Part shown: in pieces, positions 29,264 through 41,486 of the stretch
How the letters are laid out: every line of letters begins with the position of its first letter
Numbering within the stretch: position 1 is the stretch's first letter
Assembly: GCA_026391775.1 (NCBI GenBank)
Contig: JAPLDK010000006.1
Location: forward strand, 2,608 to 66,607
Source: Bacteroidota bacterium
GTDB taxonomy: Bacteria; Bacteroidota; Bacteroidia; Bacteroidales; FEN-979
Length of the DNA: 64,000 nucleotides
Reading direction: 5' to 3'
The notes under the pieces: generated by a model
The model's database searches: none
What the model was told of the DNA's origin: nothing
Seen by the model: the letters and a program-made list of their open reading frames with translations, nothing else
Position numbers and translations under genes: made by a program

Positions 29264-30384
29264 ATGAGTGAACAAAGAATTCAGATAGCAAGACCATCCT
29301 TCCTGGGAAATGAGAAGAAATACGTACTTGATGCTTTGGAATCGGGCTGGATCAGTTCCATCGGGCCTTATATCGACCGGTTTGAAAGGGAATTTGCCTC
29401 CTATCATGGTATGAAACATGCCATTGCCACGCATAACGGAACAATCGCCCTTCATCTCGCCCTTTCGGCTTCGGGTATCAGTACCGGGCATGAGGTGATT
29501 GTGCCTGACCTTACATTCATTGCCACATCAAACTCGGTAAGATATTGCAATGCCATACCCATTCTGACAGATGTGGATCCTGACGACTGGAATATAAACC
29601 CCGGATGTATCAGGGAGGCGATAAGTCCGGTTACAAAAGCCATTATCCCGGTTCACCTCTATGGCAATCCTGCCAGGATGAATGAGATCATGAAAATCGC
29701 AGGTGAACACAAGCTGATGGTAATAGAAGATTGTGCAGAAGCGACAGGAGCACTTTTGCAGGGCAGGAAAGTAGGGACGTTTGGCCACATAAGTTGTTTC
29801 AGCTTTTTCGGCAACAAGATCATGACCACCGGCGAAGGCGGGATGTGCCTCACAAACGACGATGAGCTTGCCGAGAGAATGAGGATCCTAAGGGATCACG
29901 GGATGAACCGTAAAAAGAAGTACTGGTACGACAACCTGGGGTTCAATTACCGGATGACCAATATGCAGGCGGCAGTCGGCCTGGCCCAGCTTGAACAGCT
30001 CGATTCCCTTCTGGCTTCAAGAGATGCCATCCTCAGGCAGTATAAAGAAAAACTTTCATCCTGCGAAGGCATTGTTTTTCAGGAAACCCATGGAAACCGA
30101 AATGTGAACTGGCTTGTCACAGTAAGGCTCAAAGGCATGGGGTTCGAGACCAGGGATGTCGTGATAAGTGAACTAAGCCGTAATAATATTGACAGCCGCC
30201 CGGTGTTTTATCCAATTCATTTTATGTCTTTCTATAAAGACTCTGCCTTTATGCGGGGAGAGAACCTGAACAGCATCGCTATAGCCGGGGAAGGCATTAG
30301 CCTGCCCACATACGTAGGCCTTGAGGAAGAAAAGATTGATTATATTGCGGCTTGTCTCATCAAGGCCTACGAAAAATACTCCCT

Positions 30385-30388
<4 letters not shown>
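29264..30388 (+). CDS. DegT/DnrJ/EryC1/StrS-family sugar aminotransferase (ArnB-like)
   Basis: IQIARPSFLGNEKKYVLDALESGWIS, THNGTIALHLAL, and PLP-lysine context SFFGNKIMTTGEGG. The longest ORF starts at 29216. Confidence 0.85.
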
Positions 30389-33152
<2,764 letters not shown>

Positions 33153-33235
33153 AAGAAATGGTGTTTTGCAAAGCATTTTACACAAGCCGCCTTGGTTTTT
33201 GGAGCGAACAACCGAACCGTAGCCGCCTTGCAAAG

Positions 33236-34303
33236 ATGCGAGTGAATTCACAGCCATCACGATCATCAATCCATCACGATCATCACGTCCTTCAGGCCAT
33301 CACGATTCTGATCCTCCTGTTCCTGCTGCCACTCTCCCATTCAGCTTTTTCACTTGCCGGCTTCAAAGCAGTTAATCCGGGGGCCTTATGTTATGTGATC
33401 AACAGCACTATTACCATTACTGTGAGTGAAAGCAGTGGCTCCGGTCTTTCTGCTGAGCCTGATGAAATCACAATTCCCCTGAAACGCGCCGGCAGGTTGC
33501 TTATGATGGAAGCCCGGATTGATAATGAAACCGGTAATTTCATCTTCGATACCGGCTCTTCGAAGCTGGTTCTCAACAATACCTACTTCAGGAAATATGT
33601 GAGCGTGGAATCTGGTGAACGGGGCGGGATCACGGGAGGGGTTGCCAATGTAAGGCAGACTAAAATCAGCAGGATACAGATCTCGGGGTTTTCGTGTACA
33701 AACGTCATGGCCGATCTCACCGACCTGGGGCATATCGAAAACCGCAGGGGTATAAAAATCCTGGGGCTTCTGGGTCTCAGTCTTCTGAAGAACATGGAAA
33801 TTATTATCGATGTCAGCCATAACGAGCTCCATCTCTACCGCCTTGACCACAGCGGCAACAGGATCAGTAAGGGCTCAAAGGAATTCAAATCCGATATAAG
33901 TCAGAAAATTCAGATGTACCAGGATGTTTTGTTCGTAAGTCCGAAAATTGGCGGCAAAATCCTGAGTTTTTGCCTGGATACAGGGGCCGAATCAAATGTG
34001 ATCAGTTCAGCAGCCCCGAAAAAGGTGATGAACACTGTGAGCATAACCCGCCGTTCGGGCCTCGTCGGATCAGGGAGGCCTTCAACCGAAGCTTTGTACG
34101 GGATCCTGAACGATTTCGTTCTTGGCGGACAGCAATTATCTCAGATGGAAACCATTATTACCAATCTTGATAATATGTCCACAGCCTTTGGTTTGACGGT
34201 TGATGGTATGCTTGGTTATGATTTCTTTGCCAGAGGACAGATTTGTATTAATTTAGTAAGACTGGAAATGAAGGTATGCTTCAATAAAAGCGAGAAAAAT
34301 TGA
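33236..34303 (+). CDS. Secreted retropepsin-like (clan AA) aspartic protease with two catalytic halves
   Basis: Two D-T/S-G motifs in one chain: GNFIFDTGSSKLVL and LSFCLDTGAESNVIS. Signal-like segment AITILILLFLLPLSHSAFS. The start is uncertain (33149 GTG, 33158 ATG or 33236 ATG). Confidence 0.65.
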   Translation: MRVNSQPSRSSIHHDHHVLQAITILILLFLLPLSHSAFSLAGFKAVNPGALCYVINSTITITVSESSGSGLSAEPDEITIPLKRAGRLLMMEARIDNETGNFIFDTGSSKLVLNNTYFRKYVSVESGERGGITGGVANVRQTKISRIQISGFSCTNVMADLTDLGHIENRRGIKILGLLGLSLLKNMEIIIDVSHNELHLYRLDHSGNRISKGSKEFKSDISQKIQMYQDVLFVSPKIGGKILSFCLDTGAESNVISSAAPKKVMNTVSITRRSGLVGSGRPSTEALYGILNDFVLGGQQLSQMETIITNLDNMSTAFGLTVDGMLGYDFFARGQICINLVRLEMKVCFNKSEKN

Positions 34304-35742
34304 TAAGAGGACTACGGCATATTATCCTATTAACATTCATGGCTGTGATAGTTACTGCCCAGCCCCAGTCAGACCAAAAAGACATTTGCAGGATTGATAA
34401 CAACCGGATGATCTTCAGGCTTGACCGGACTTGGACTGCGGTTCAGAAGAAGTCAGTCATGAAGCAGTTTGATCTCGACAGTTCCTTACTTGCGTCTGCC
34501 TTTAGCGGGAAACCAGAGATTACCGTCAGCGGCATAAAATGGAATGTTAAAAAGCTTGATAACAACTGGGTGGAATTGTCGAAGCCAATGGGAGGAGGAC
34601 TTTCCCTCGAAAAGGGCGATGTTTATATGCTGGATGACCGCTGGATCAATGCCGCCGGAATAGAAGAAAGAGAATCGGCAGCATTCGGGATCAATATACT
34701 GACCCTTTATACCGTTTTTAATTATCATAACGGGGTAGCCACGTTTTTTCTGCCTGAACGGAAATATGCACGGAATGTTTATATAGCAGGAACTTTCAAC
34801 AACTGGAGCACAATGCAAACCCCGATGATCCGCTGCGACTCCGGTTGGTTCATCACCCTCAGGCTGAAACCAGGAAAATACACTTATAAATACATCATTG
34901 ACGGTAAATGGAGTCCCGACCCCTACAATAAGCTCAGGGAAAATGACAGTCAGGGAGGCCAGAATTCGGTGATCTTCTGTTACAATTACCGCTTCTTCCT
35001 CCCCTTTTATAAAGGCTCGAAGAAAGTGTTGGTTGCCGGCAGCTTTAACAACTGGAACCCTTATGAATTAAGGTTGCTCGGGGTTGACGGCGGCTGGGCG
35101 CTAAACCTCTACCTTCGTGAAGGGACACATGCCTATAAATTCGTTGTGGATGGCGAATGGTTCCTTGATCCCACGAATGATGCCCAGAGGCCCGACGGCA
35201 TGGGGCATGAGAATTCTTTTCTGAGTATTGGCGACACCATGTTTTTCATTCTGAAAGGGCATTCGGCCATGAAGCAGGTTAATGTTGCAGGTAATTTCAA
35301 TGCCTGGAACAAATCGGAATTAACCATGAAGAAAGTTAAAGACGGATGGCAGCTTCCCTATGTTCTGGCTGCCGGAAATTACGAGTATAAATTCATTCTT
35401 GACGGCCGCTGGATCACCGATCCCGATAATCCCACCACCGTCGGATCAGGTGCAGGTCAGAATTCTTTTATTACGATCAAACCAAACCACATTTTCCGCC
35501 TTGAAGGAAAAGCAGGTGCCAGAAAAGTCATACTCACAGGCAGTTTTAACGGATGGAGGAACGACGGGTATGAAATGATGATTAAAGAAGACGGAACATG
35601 GGTTTTCCCAATATTCCTGAAACCCGGCAAACATACTTACAAATTTATCGTTGATGGTAAATGGATCATTGACCCTGCCAATGAGCTTTGGGAAGAGAAC
35701 CAGTATGGGACTGGGAATTCGGTTTTATGGATTGAACCGTAA
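34300..35742 (+). CDS. Secreted protein with four CBM48 / AMPK-beta-like glycogen-binding modules
   Basis: Four repeats: IAGTFNNWSTMQ...YTYKYIIDGKWSPDPYN; VAGSFNNWNPYE...HAYKFVVDGEWFLDPTN; VAGNFNAWNKSE...YEYKFILDGRWITDPDN; LTGSFNGWRNDG...HTYKFIVDGKWIIDPAN. The TTG start overlaps the upstream stop. Confidence 0.7.
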   Translation: MIRGLRHIILLTFMAVIVTAQPQSDQKDICRIDNNRMIFRLDRTWTAVQKKSVMKQFDLDSSLLASAFSGKPEITVSGIKWNVKKLDNNWVELSKPMGGGLSLEKGDVYMLDDRWINAAGIEERESAAFGINILTLYTVFNYHNGVATFFLPERKYARNVYIAGTFNNWSTMQTPMIRCDSGWFITLRLKPGKYTYKYIIDGKWSPDPYNKLRENDSQGGQNSVIFCYNYRFFLPFYKGSKKVLVAGSFNNWNPYELRLLGVDGGWALNLYLREGTHAYKFVVDGEWFLDPTNDAQRPDGMGHENSFLSIGDTMFFILKGHSAMKQVNVAGNFNAWNKSELTMKKVKDGWQLPYVLAAGNYEYKFILDGRWITDPDNPTTVGSGAGQNSFITIKPNHIFRLEGKAGARKVILTGSFNGWRNDGYEMMIKEDGTWVFPIFLKPGKHTYKFIVDGKWIIDPANELWEENQYGTGNSVLWIEP

Positions 35743-35743
35743 A

Positions 35744-36478
35744 TCAGTCCTCATGCTTTATCGATCCCGCACCTGAAACGCTCTGGTTGATCACAGATGG
35801 GTTTCCTTTATAACGTATGCTGCCGGCCCCGGAGATCTCGGCATTTATTTTCTTGGTTACATGGATTTGAGCTTTTCCGGCCCCACTCATGTCAACGGTA
35901 AAATTCTCACAAACCAGGTCGAAACCATATATGTCGCAGGCTCCCGACAGATCGGCTGTTACATCGGTAACAGTACCGGCCAGCCTCAGTTTGCTGGCAC
36001 CACTGCTGTTCAGATCGAGTTTCTGTGCAGTAACTTCCATACGCACGTCAGAAGCCCCACTGGTATGTAAACTGAAATCGTTCAGGGTGACTTTGTTCTC
36101 AGTCACAATATCCACTGCCCCGCTGACTTCCACTTTTTTCAGGTCTTTAAATGTGATGTACACGTTTAATGAGGTGGGATGGTTGATGGGTTTCCTGGTA
36201 TCGATCACAAGGGTGGATCCACGGACCTCAGCACGAATGATTGTCTGAAGATTTTCATCTGCTTCAATGATCACTTCTTCATTGGGTCCCTGCCTCAGGT
36301 AAATATTAAATGCACCTGAAACGTCAATGCCGTCAAAGGAACTTACAACACGGGTTTCCTTTATAACTTTGCCGTCGCCATGCACACCGGTAATCATATT
36401 GCAACCCGAAGTAATTCCCGAAATGCCCGTGAACAGCATCACGAACATAAACAGGGTAACTAATTTTCTTGTTTTCAT
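35744..36478 (-). CDS. DUF2807 / 'head GIN' putative adhesin-like lipoprotein
   Basis: MKTRKLVTLFMFVMLFTGISGITSGC lipobox. Then GDGKVIKETRVVSSFDGIDVSGAFNIYLRQG and repeated SGA(S/G) strand units. Last gene of the ECF operon. Confidence 0.6.
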   Translation of the reverse strand: MKTRKLVTLFMFVMLFTGISGITSGCNMITGVHGDGKVIKETRVVSSFDGIDVSGAFNIYLRQGPNEEVIIEADENLQTIIRAEVRGSTLVIDTRKPINHPTSLNVYITFKDLKKVEVSGAVDIVTENKVTLNDFSLHTSGASDVRMEVTAQKLDLNSSGASKLRLAGTVTDVTADLSGACDIYGFDLVCENFTVDMSGAGKAQIHVTKKINAEISGAGSIRYKGNPSVINQSVSGAGSIKHED

Positions 36479-36556
36479 ACTCTTGGATTTTAATTGTTCG
36501 GATTTATATTTGATGATCAAATTTATTTTTGGTTACAATTTTCACCATTTTACCAT

Positions 36557-37612
36557 TTATTTCAATGACACACTTCCATAATCGCTCCTCACCACAACAC
36601 TGGCTTTTGGTTTGGCATCCTTGCTTCCAACAACACCCCTGTATTCCGATGAGGTCGGTGTTACCGAGCGGTAGTTCAGATTTGAATTACTTTCAGGGAA
36701 ATGCAGTTCACAGTATTTCAATGTGGCATCCAGGCTGTACACGGCCGATTCGGGTAGCCTTACATCCACATCAGCATATTTGTTTTTAATGTTGATACTC
36801 GTAAAATCGGGCCCCATGTTGCGCACACTGCAACTTCCGTATTGTATGTCAAGGCTCAGGCTCTGCTCTATCCTTTCAATGTCCATATCGGAAAACTTGG
36901 AACGGCTTTCAATGGTTGATGAATTTTTAATATCCACTGCCCCTCCCTCGAAACTGACATTCAGGGCAATGATCTTATTCGCATTAAGGTTTGAAAATTT
37001 CGAATCCAGTCTCAGGCTTCCCGCATAATCTATATCCAGCGTGGAATATTTCAGGTTTATAACAGCTCCTTTTATGCTGCGCACCTTGGCCGAGTTGCAG
37101 AATTTGAGATCGATGAGATTATCGGAATTATTCAGCTTGTTCACATCCAGGCTGCCATAACTGAGATTGATCCTGGTTTTTCCGGATGCTTCGTTAATAT
37201 AAATATCCCCGAATTTATTCGAAAGGTCAAGGCTCATGCTTGACGGGAGGTTGATGGTATAATCCACCTGGAACCTGTTTCTTCCGGAGGTATTCATCTC
37301 ATCGAATACAGTTGTAACTTCTACCAATGAAGTGGTACTGTTGAAGTTCACATTGATCTTTTCAAGCATTTTTGCTGCTGTATTGTCATTTGTGGCATCC
37401 ACGACCACCTTGACTTCTATTCCAACCACGTTTTTATCCCAGTTGGAACAATGGATCCCGCCGAATTTATTGGATATCGTAAGTTGTGCATCGGGGCTCA
37501 CGCTGAATTCCTTTTTTATTACCCTGGTATACTCATTGATGCTGGCTCCTTTCATTCCGATCGCAAGGCCGACCAGGAGTATTATAATGGTTATTTTTAA
37601 AACAGTTTTCAT
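36557..37612 (-). CDS. DUF4097-like beta-strand-repeat protein
   Basis: Signal peptide followed by repetitive beta-helix-like units (KFGDIYINE, SYGSLDV, KYSTLDI, KFSDMDI, QYGSCSV, DYGSVSL). Confidence 0.55.
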   Translation of the reverse strand: MKTVLKITIIILLVGLAIGMKGASINEYTRVIKKEFSVSPDAQLTISNKFGGIHCSNWDKNVVGIEVKVVVDATNDNTAAKMLEKINVNFNSTTSLVEVTTVFDEMNTSGRNRFQVDYTINLPSSMSLDLSNKFGDIYINEASGKTRINLSYGSLDVNKLNNSDNLIDLKFCNSAKVRSIKGAVINLKYSTLDIDYAGSLRLDSKFSNLNANKIIALNVSFEGGAVDIKNSSTIESRSKFSDMDIERIEQSLSLDIQYGSCSVRNMGPDFTSINIKNKYADVDVRLPESAVYSLDATLKYCELHFPESNSNLNYRSVTPTSSEYRGVVGSKDAKPKASVVVRSDYGSVSLK

Positions 37613-37632
37613 ATGCTGTGTTGTTAGTATTG

Positions 37633-38166
37633 TTAATGTTTGCTTAATTTTTTGACAATGTTGTTCATAATTCCTTCTTTCATCTGCTGATTCTGGATGA
37701 CGGCAGCCTGTAGCCGCTCACAGTTTGGATTCTCGGCAAGGGATTTCTGGAGATCACGTGTACTTTCATCAAGAGATTGCATTTCCTTCAGGGCATCCTC
37801 ATTGATGATGTTGGCTTGTACAGGGTCGCTGGCAAGCTTGCGAACTTCTTTCATCTGAGCCATGGCCCTGTCATCATAATATTGAATTGCTTCTGCAAAT
37901 TCAGAGGACATTTGCACGGTAGCCTTATCGGAAGAAAACCTTTCCCGGATAGAACGTGTTGCCAGATCGAAAACTGCAATGCTTCCCGTGATGATCAACA
38001 GTATGATGGCAGCGACCTTAAGCTGGCCGAACCTTGAAGGAGCTGCTATTGCCTGTTGTTTTGTAATACCCAGCTTCTCGCTGAATCTTTCAAAGTGTCC
38101 GTCCAATGGTTCGATCACATCAAACCGATCGCGCTTTTCCTGTATTAATTTATCCAGATTGTTCAT
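37633..38166 (-). CDS. Probable anti-sigma factor (single-pass membrane protein)
   Basis: Lies 2 nt downstream of the ECF sigma gene. One TM helix (LKVAAIILLIITGSIAVF) separates a short cytoplasmic N-terminus from a helical C-terminal domain. The call rests on position and topology only. Confidence 0.45.
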   Translation of the reverse strand: MNNLDKLIQEKRDRFDVIEPLDGHFERFSEKLGITKQQAIAAPSRFGQLKVAAIILLIITGSIAVFDLATRSIRERFSSDKATVQMSSEFAEAIQYYDDRAMAQMKEVRKLASDPVQANIINEDALKEMQSLDESTRDLQKSLAENPNCERLQAAVIQNQQMKEGIMNNIVKKLSKH

Positions 38167-38168
38167 TC

Positions 38169-38771
38169 CTAATTATATAAAAAGACGTTCCGGTATTTGT
38201 TTTCTTTTAAAATGGCAAGAAGCTTTTGCCTGGCGCGTGAGTACCGTGTCCGCGAAAGCTGGTTGCTGATGTTCAGTATTTCGGATATCTCATCATGATC
38301 ATATCCTTCCAGGAGGAACAGGCTGATGATGACCCGGTATTCCTCGGGAAGCTGCTGGATTGCCTTCATCACTTCATGCACCTGGAGCTGGATCTCAGCC
38401 TCATGGCTTTCTTCATGCTCTGCAGACAGGTCTACGCCTTCCTCTTCGAACGATATGGTATCTTTTACCCTTCTCAGGGAGTCAAGCGAGTTATTGACAA
38501 CGATCCTCTTGAGCCAGCTTCCGAAACTGCCCTGTCCCGTATAACCGGCCAGCCTTTGAAACGCATCCAGGAAGGACTCCTGCATGATGTCTTCGGCTTC
38601 GGCGGTATCGTTGACTATTCTGAGACTGGTATTGAACATGGCTTTATAATATAGTTTGTAAATTTTAAACTGGGCGCTTCTTTCCCCGCGACGGCAGGCA
38701 TCGATCAGATCCTTATGAATATTCTCGTAACGGGTTTCCAAACTCCCTGTTTTAGCCAATAGACTCGCCAA
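38169..38771 (-). CDS. ECF-type RNA polymerase sigma-70 family factor
   Basis: Region 2 (FKIYKLYYKAMFNTSLRIVNDTAEAEDIMQESFLDAF) and region 4 HTH (YDHDEISEILNISNQLSRTRYSRARQKL). TTG start, exact start uncertain. Confidence 0.85.
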   Translation of the reverse strand: MASLLAKTGSLETRYENIHKDLIDACRRGERSAQFKIYKLYYKAMFNTSLRIVNDTAEAEDIMQESFLDAFQRLAGYTGQGSFGSWLKRIVVNNSLDSLRRVKDTISFEEEGVDLSAEHEESHEAEIQLQVHEVMKAIQQLPEEYRVIISLFLLEGYDHDEISEILNISNQLSRTRYSRARQKLLAILKENKYRNVFLYN

Positions 38772-38804
38772 GTTAGTAAATGTTACAATGAAGATTTAAA
38801 ATTC

Positions 38805-38812
38805 TATTTTTG
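38805..38812 (+). promoter_or_regulatory. -7 promoter element TAnnTTTG upstream of the EamA transporter gene
   Basis: TATTTTTG, 12 nt before ATG 38825. Confidence 0.4.
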
Positions 38813-38824
38813 CAGCAGGTGAAA

Positions 38825-39706
38825 ATGAATAAAGTCCCGGTGCATTTTTATGCTCTGGCAGCCATGCTGTTCTGGGGTATGTCCTTTGTGTGGACTACCC
38901 GCTTGCTGGTCCATTTTCAGCCGGTCTCCATTATTTTTATCCGCCTGCTGATATCGTCTGTATTCCTTTTTCTGCTGATGATCTTCTCGGGACGGTTCGA
39001 ACGGATCCGGCGCGAAGATATCTGGCTGTTGCTAGGAAGTGCTGTTTTTAACCCTTTCCTGTATTTCCTCGGAGAGAATTTCGGTGTTAAATTTACTTCA
39101 GCTACCATATCCAGCGTCATTATCGCGACAATCCCTGTTTTCTCGCCTGTCATAGCCTGGCTCACTTTCAAAGAAAAAATATCCAGGCTGAATATCTTCG
39201 GCATCTTTGTGTCCTTTGGCGGTGTCTCAATAATGCTAGTCTCAAGGGACCTGTCCCTTTCGGGAGAAGGTAAAGGAGTCCTGGCACTTTTTGGTGCCGT
39301 AATGTCGGCCCTGGTCTTTTCGGTATTTCTGAAGAAACTTACTCAGAAATATTCGCCCGTCACACTAGTGGCCTGGCAAAACATCCTTGGTGCACTTATG
39401 TTCCTCCCTGTATTCCTCATATTTGAGAGCCACGGGATTAAAGCAATCCATATAAATTATGAAGTTGTTTCTACATTTCTTTTCTTATCCGTCTTCGCCT
39501 CTTCCCTCGCATTTGTTTTCTTTGCCAAAACCGTGAAGGAAATCGGGATAAGCAAGGCAAATATATATTCCAATCTTATTCCTGTTTTTACAGCATTTTT
39601 TTCATATTTTCTTATTTCAGAACCATTTACTGTTCAAAAGCTTACAGGTATCATCCTGGTGATTGGCGGGGTTTATCTGTCGGAAAGGAACAAGTCACGT
39701 AAATAA
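38825..39706 (+). CDS. DMT-superfamily (EamA) transporter
   Basis: About 10 TM helices in two EamA-like halves. 293 aa. Confidence 0.8.
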   Translation: MNKVPVHFYALAAMLFWGMSFVWTTRLLVHFQPVSIIFIRLLISSVFLFLLMIFSGRFERIRREDIWLLLGSAVFNPFLYFLGENFGVKFTSATISSVIIATIPVFSPVIAWLTFKEKISRLNIFGIFVSFGGVSIMLVSRDLSLSGEGKGVLALFGAVMSALVFSVFLKKLTQKYSPVTLVAWQNILGALMFLPVFLIFESHGIKAIHINYEVVSTFLFLSVFASSLAFVFFAKTVKEIGISKANIYSNLIPVFTAFFSYFLISEPFTVQKLTGIILVIGGVYLSERNKSRK

Positions 39707-39729
39707 GCATCCCTCCCCTTCTTTTTTTG

Positions 39730-39737
39730 TACCTTTG
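39730..39737 (+). promoter_or_regulatory. -7 promoter element TAnnTTTG upstream of hydG
   Basis: TACCTTTG. It lies inside the N-terminal extension of the longest ORF (39727), which supports ATG 39814 as the start. Confidence 0.4.
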
Positions 39738-39813
39738 CATTCGGGTAAAACCTGCCGTCAAACCACCAGAGATGCTGTTTAAACCTGAGAAACTGAGAAT
39801 AAAGGATCAACGA

Positions 39814-41202
39814 ATGAAATCCTTCATTGATCCTGATGAAATATGGGGGTTCATTAACAATGCCAGGCCAACAAAAGAAAGAGTGAGGGAGATTATTTCA
39901 AAATCACTCGACAAGCAGCGGCTTACGCTTGAGGAGACTGCCCTTCTGGTTCAGGCTAACGACCCTGAATTGGTCGAAGAGATCAAGCAGGGCGCTAAAA
40001 TCCTTAAAGAAAAGGTTTACGGTCAGAGAATAGTTTTATTTGCTCCCCTGTATATCGGGAATCTTTGTATTAATAAATGTGCTTACTGCGGATTCAAATC
40101 CACAAATGAAGCCATCCGGCGTATCACCCTCACCAACGATGAGCTGGTTGCTCAGGTTAAAGCCTTGGAGGATGCCGGCCAGAAGCGCCTTATCCTTGTT
40201 TATGGAGAACATCCGAAATATGATGCAAAGTTTATTGCCGGGACTGTGGGTATCGTATATTCCGTTCGCAGCGGCCCCGGAGAGATCCGAAGGGTCAATA
40301 TCAATGCAGCACCAATGGATATCGACGGTTTCCGAATCATAAAGGACGCAAAGATAGGTACTTACCAGATTTTCCAGGAAACTTACCATGAAGACACATA
40401 TGCTAAAGTTCATCTTGGCGGGATAAAAAGGAATTACGAATGGAGGTTGACCGCTCTCGACCGTGCACAGGAAGCCGGGATTGATGATGTTGGTATTGGT
40501 GCGCTGTTCGGACTCTACGACTGGAGGTTTGACCTGCTCGGCCTGTTAAGGCATACAAATCATTTTGAAGCGGTGTATAATGTCGGTCCACATACAATTT
40601 CTTTCCCAAGGATACAGTATGCCTCCCAGCTGAACATCGACAAATCCCATATTGTCACCGATGCAGAATTCACCCGCTTGGTAGCCATTCTGAGGCTTGC
40701 TGTTCCATATACCGGCCTTATTCTCACCGCCAGGGAACCTTCGGCCGTACGGGATGAGATTTTGCAATTCGGGGTTTCCCAGATCGACGGCGGCACCAAT
40801 ATCGAGATGGGAGGTTATGCAAAAAAGGAACATGCCGAAACCCAGGATATAGACCTTGAACAGTTCCAGATCAACGATAACCGTAGTTTGAATGAGATTA
40901 TGGATGAACTTATACAGCAAGGTTATATTCCTTCGTTTTGCACTTCATGTTACAGGAGAGGGCGCACAGGAGAGCATTTTATGGAATTTTCCGTACCCGG
41001 ATTCATTAAAAGGTTCTGTCAGCCCAATGCCCTGCTCACCCTGGCCGAATACCTTGAAGATTACGCCCCGGAAGCGACAAAAATAAAGGGATATCAGCTT
41101 GTACAGAAAAAATTGGATGAAATGGATGAGGATTCATTCAAAAACAGCCTTATAGAAAAACTTGACCAGGTTAAGGAAGGAAAACGTGACTTGTATTTCT
41201 AA
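39814..41202 (+). CDS. hydG: [FeFe]-hydrogenase H-cluster maturase, radical-SAM tyrosine lyase HydG
   Basis: Radical-SAM CINKCAYCGF (Cx3Cx2C) plus the HydG-specific C-terminal Cx2Cx22C cluster (CTSCYRRGRTGEHFMEFSVPGFIKRFC), which ThiH lacks. FCQPNALLTLAEYLEDY. Confidence 0.88.
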   Translation: MKSFIDPDEIWGFINNARPTKERVREIISKSLDKQRLTLEETALLVQANDPELVEEIKQGAKILKEKVYGQRIVLFAPLYIGNLCINKCAYCGFKSTNEAIRRITLTNDELVAQVKALEDAGQKRLILVYGEHPKYDAKFIAGTVGIVYSVRSGPGEIRRVNINAAPMDIDGFRIIKDAKIGTYQIFQETYHEDTYAKVHLGGIKRNYEWRLTALDRAQEAGIDDVGIGALFGLYDWRFDLLGLLRHTNHFEAVYNVGPHTISFPRIQYASQLNIDKSHIVTDAEFTRLVAILRLAVPYTGLILTAREPSAVRDEILQFGVSQIDGGTNIEMGGYAKKEHAETQDIDLEQFQINDNRSLNEIMDELIQQGYIPSFCTSCYRRGRTGEHFMEFSVPGFIKRFCQPNALLTLAEYLEDYAPEATKIKGYQLVQKKLDEMDEDSFKNSLIEKLDQVKEGKRDLYF

Positions 41203-41211
41203 ACAGAGAAT

Positions 41212-41469
41212 ATGAAAGAAATCCGTATTATTGGCCTGCTGATAACCGACCGTATCAAAGAGGCAGGCCTTACCCAGGGTGTGCTTTCAGAATATGCACA
41301 CCTTATTAAATCAAGGTTGGGATTTCATGAAGTAAGTGAGGATGTATGCAGCAGAACAGGGGTAATCCTTCTTCAACTAAGCGGGAACCAGTCTGAATTT
41401 GACCTTTTTGAGGAAAAACTTAAGAAAATCGACGGTCTCGAAATTCAACATATGATATTCAAAACCTGA
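41212..41469 (+). CDS. TM1266-type small ACT/NikR-C-like protein ('iron-only hydrogenase system regulator' family), paralog 1
   Basis: 85 aa, 9 nt after hydG. MKEIRIIGLLITDR...GVILLQLSGNQSEFDLFEEKLKKIDGLEIQHMIFK fits my recollection of the TM1266 family (beta-alpha-beta-beta-alpha-beta). An HMM confirmation is needed. Confidence 0.55.
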   Translation: MKEIRIIGLLITDRIKEAGLTQGVLSEYAHLIKSRLGFHEVSEDVCSRTGVILLQLSGNQSEFDLFEEKLKKIDGLEIQHMIFKT

Positions 41470-41486
41470 GGAAAAAAATCTAAGCA

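Noticed and set aside
33254-33306. Three copies of CCATCACGAT(CATCA) just after ligA, considered as iterons or operator repeats
   Set aside because: They are short and only partly conserved. They lie inside the most plausible N-terminal coding region of the protease gene (the His-rich SSIHHDHH segment) ahead of its signal peptide. There is no dyad symmetry. Most likely this is local slippage with no demonstrable function.
39814-41202. Alternative call of the HydG ORF as ThiH (thiamine tyrosine lyase)
   Set aside because: ThiH lacks the about 80-aa C-terminal domain. This protein has the CTSC...22 residues...C auxiliary-cluster motif and TM1266-type neighbours, and no thiG/thiS/thiF genes are nearby.
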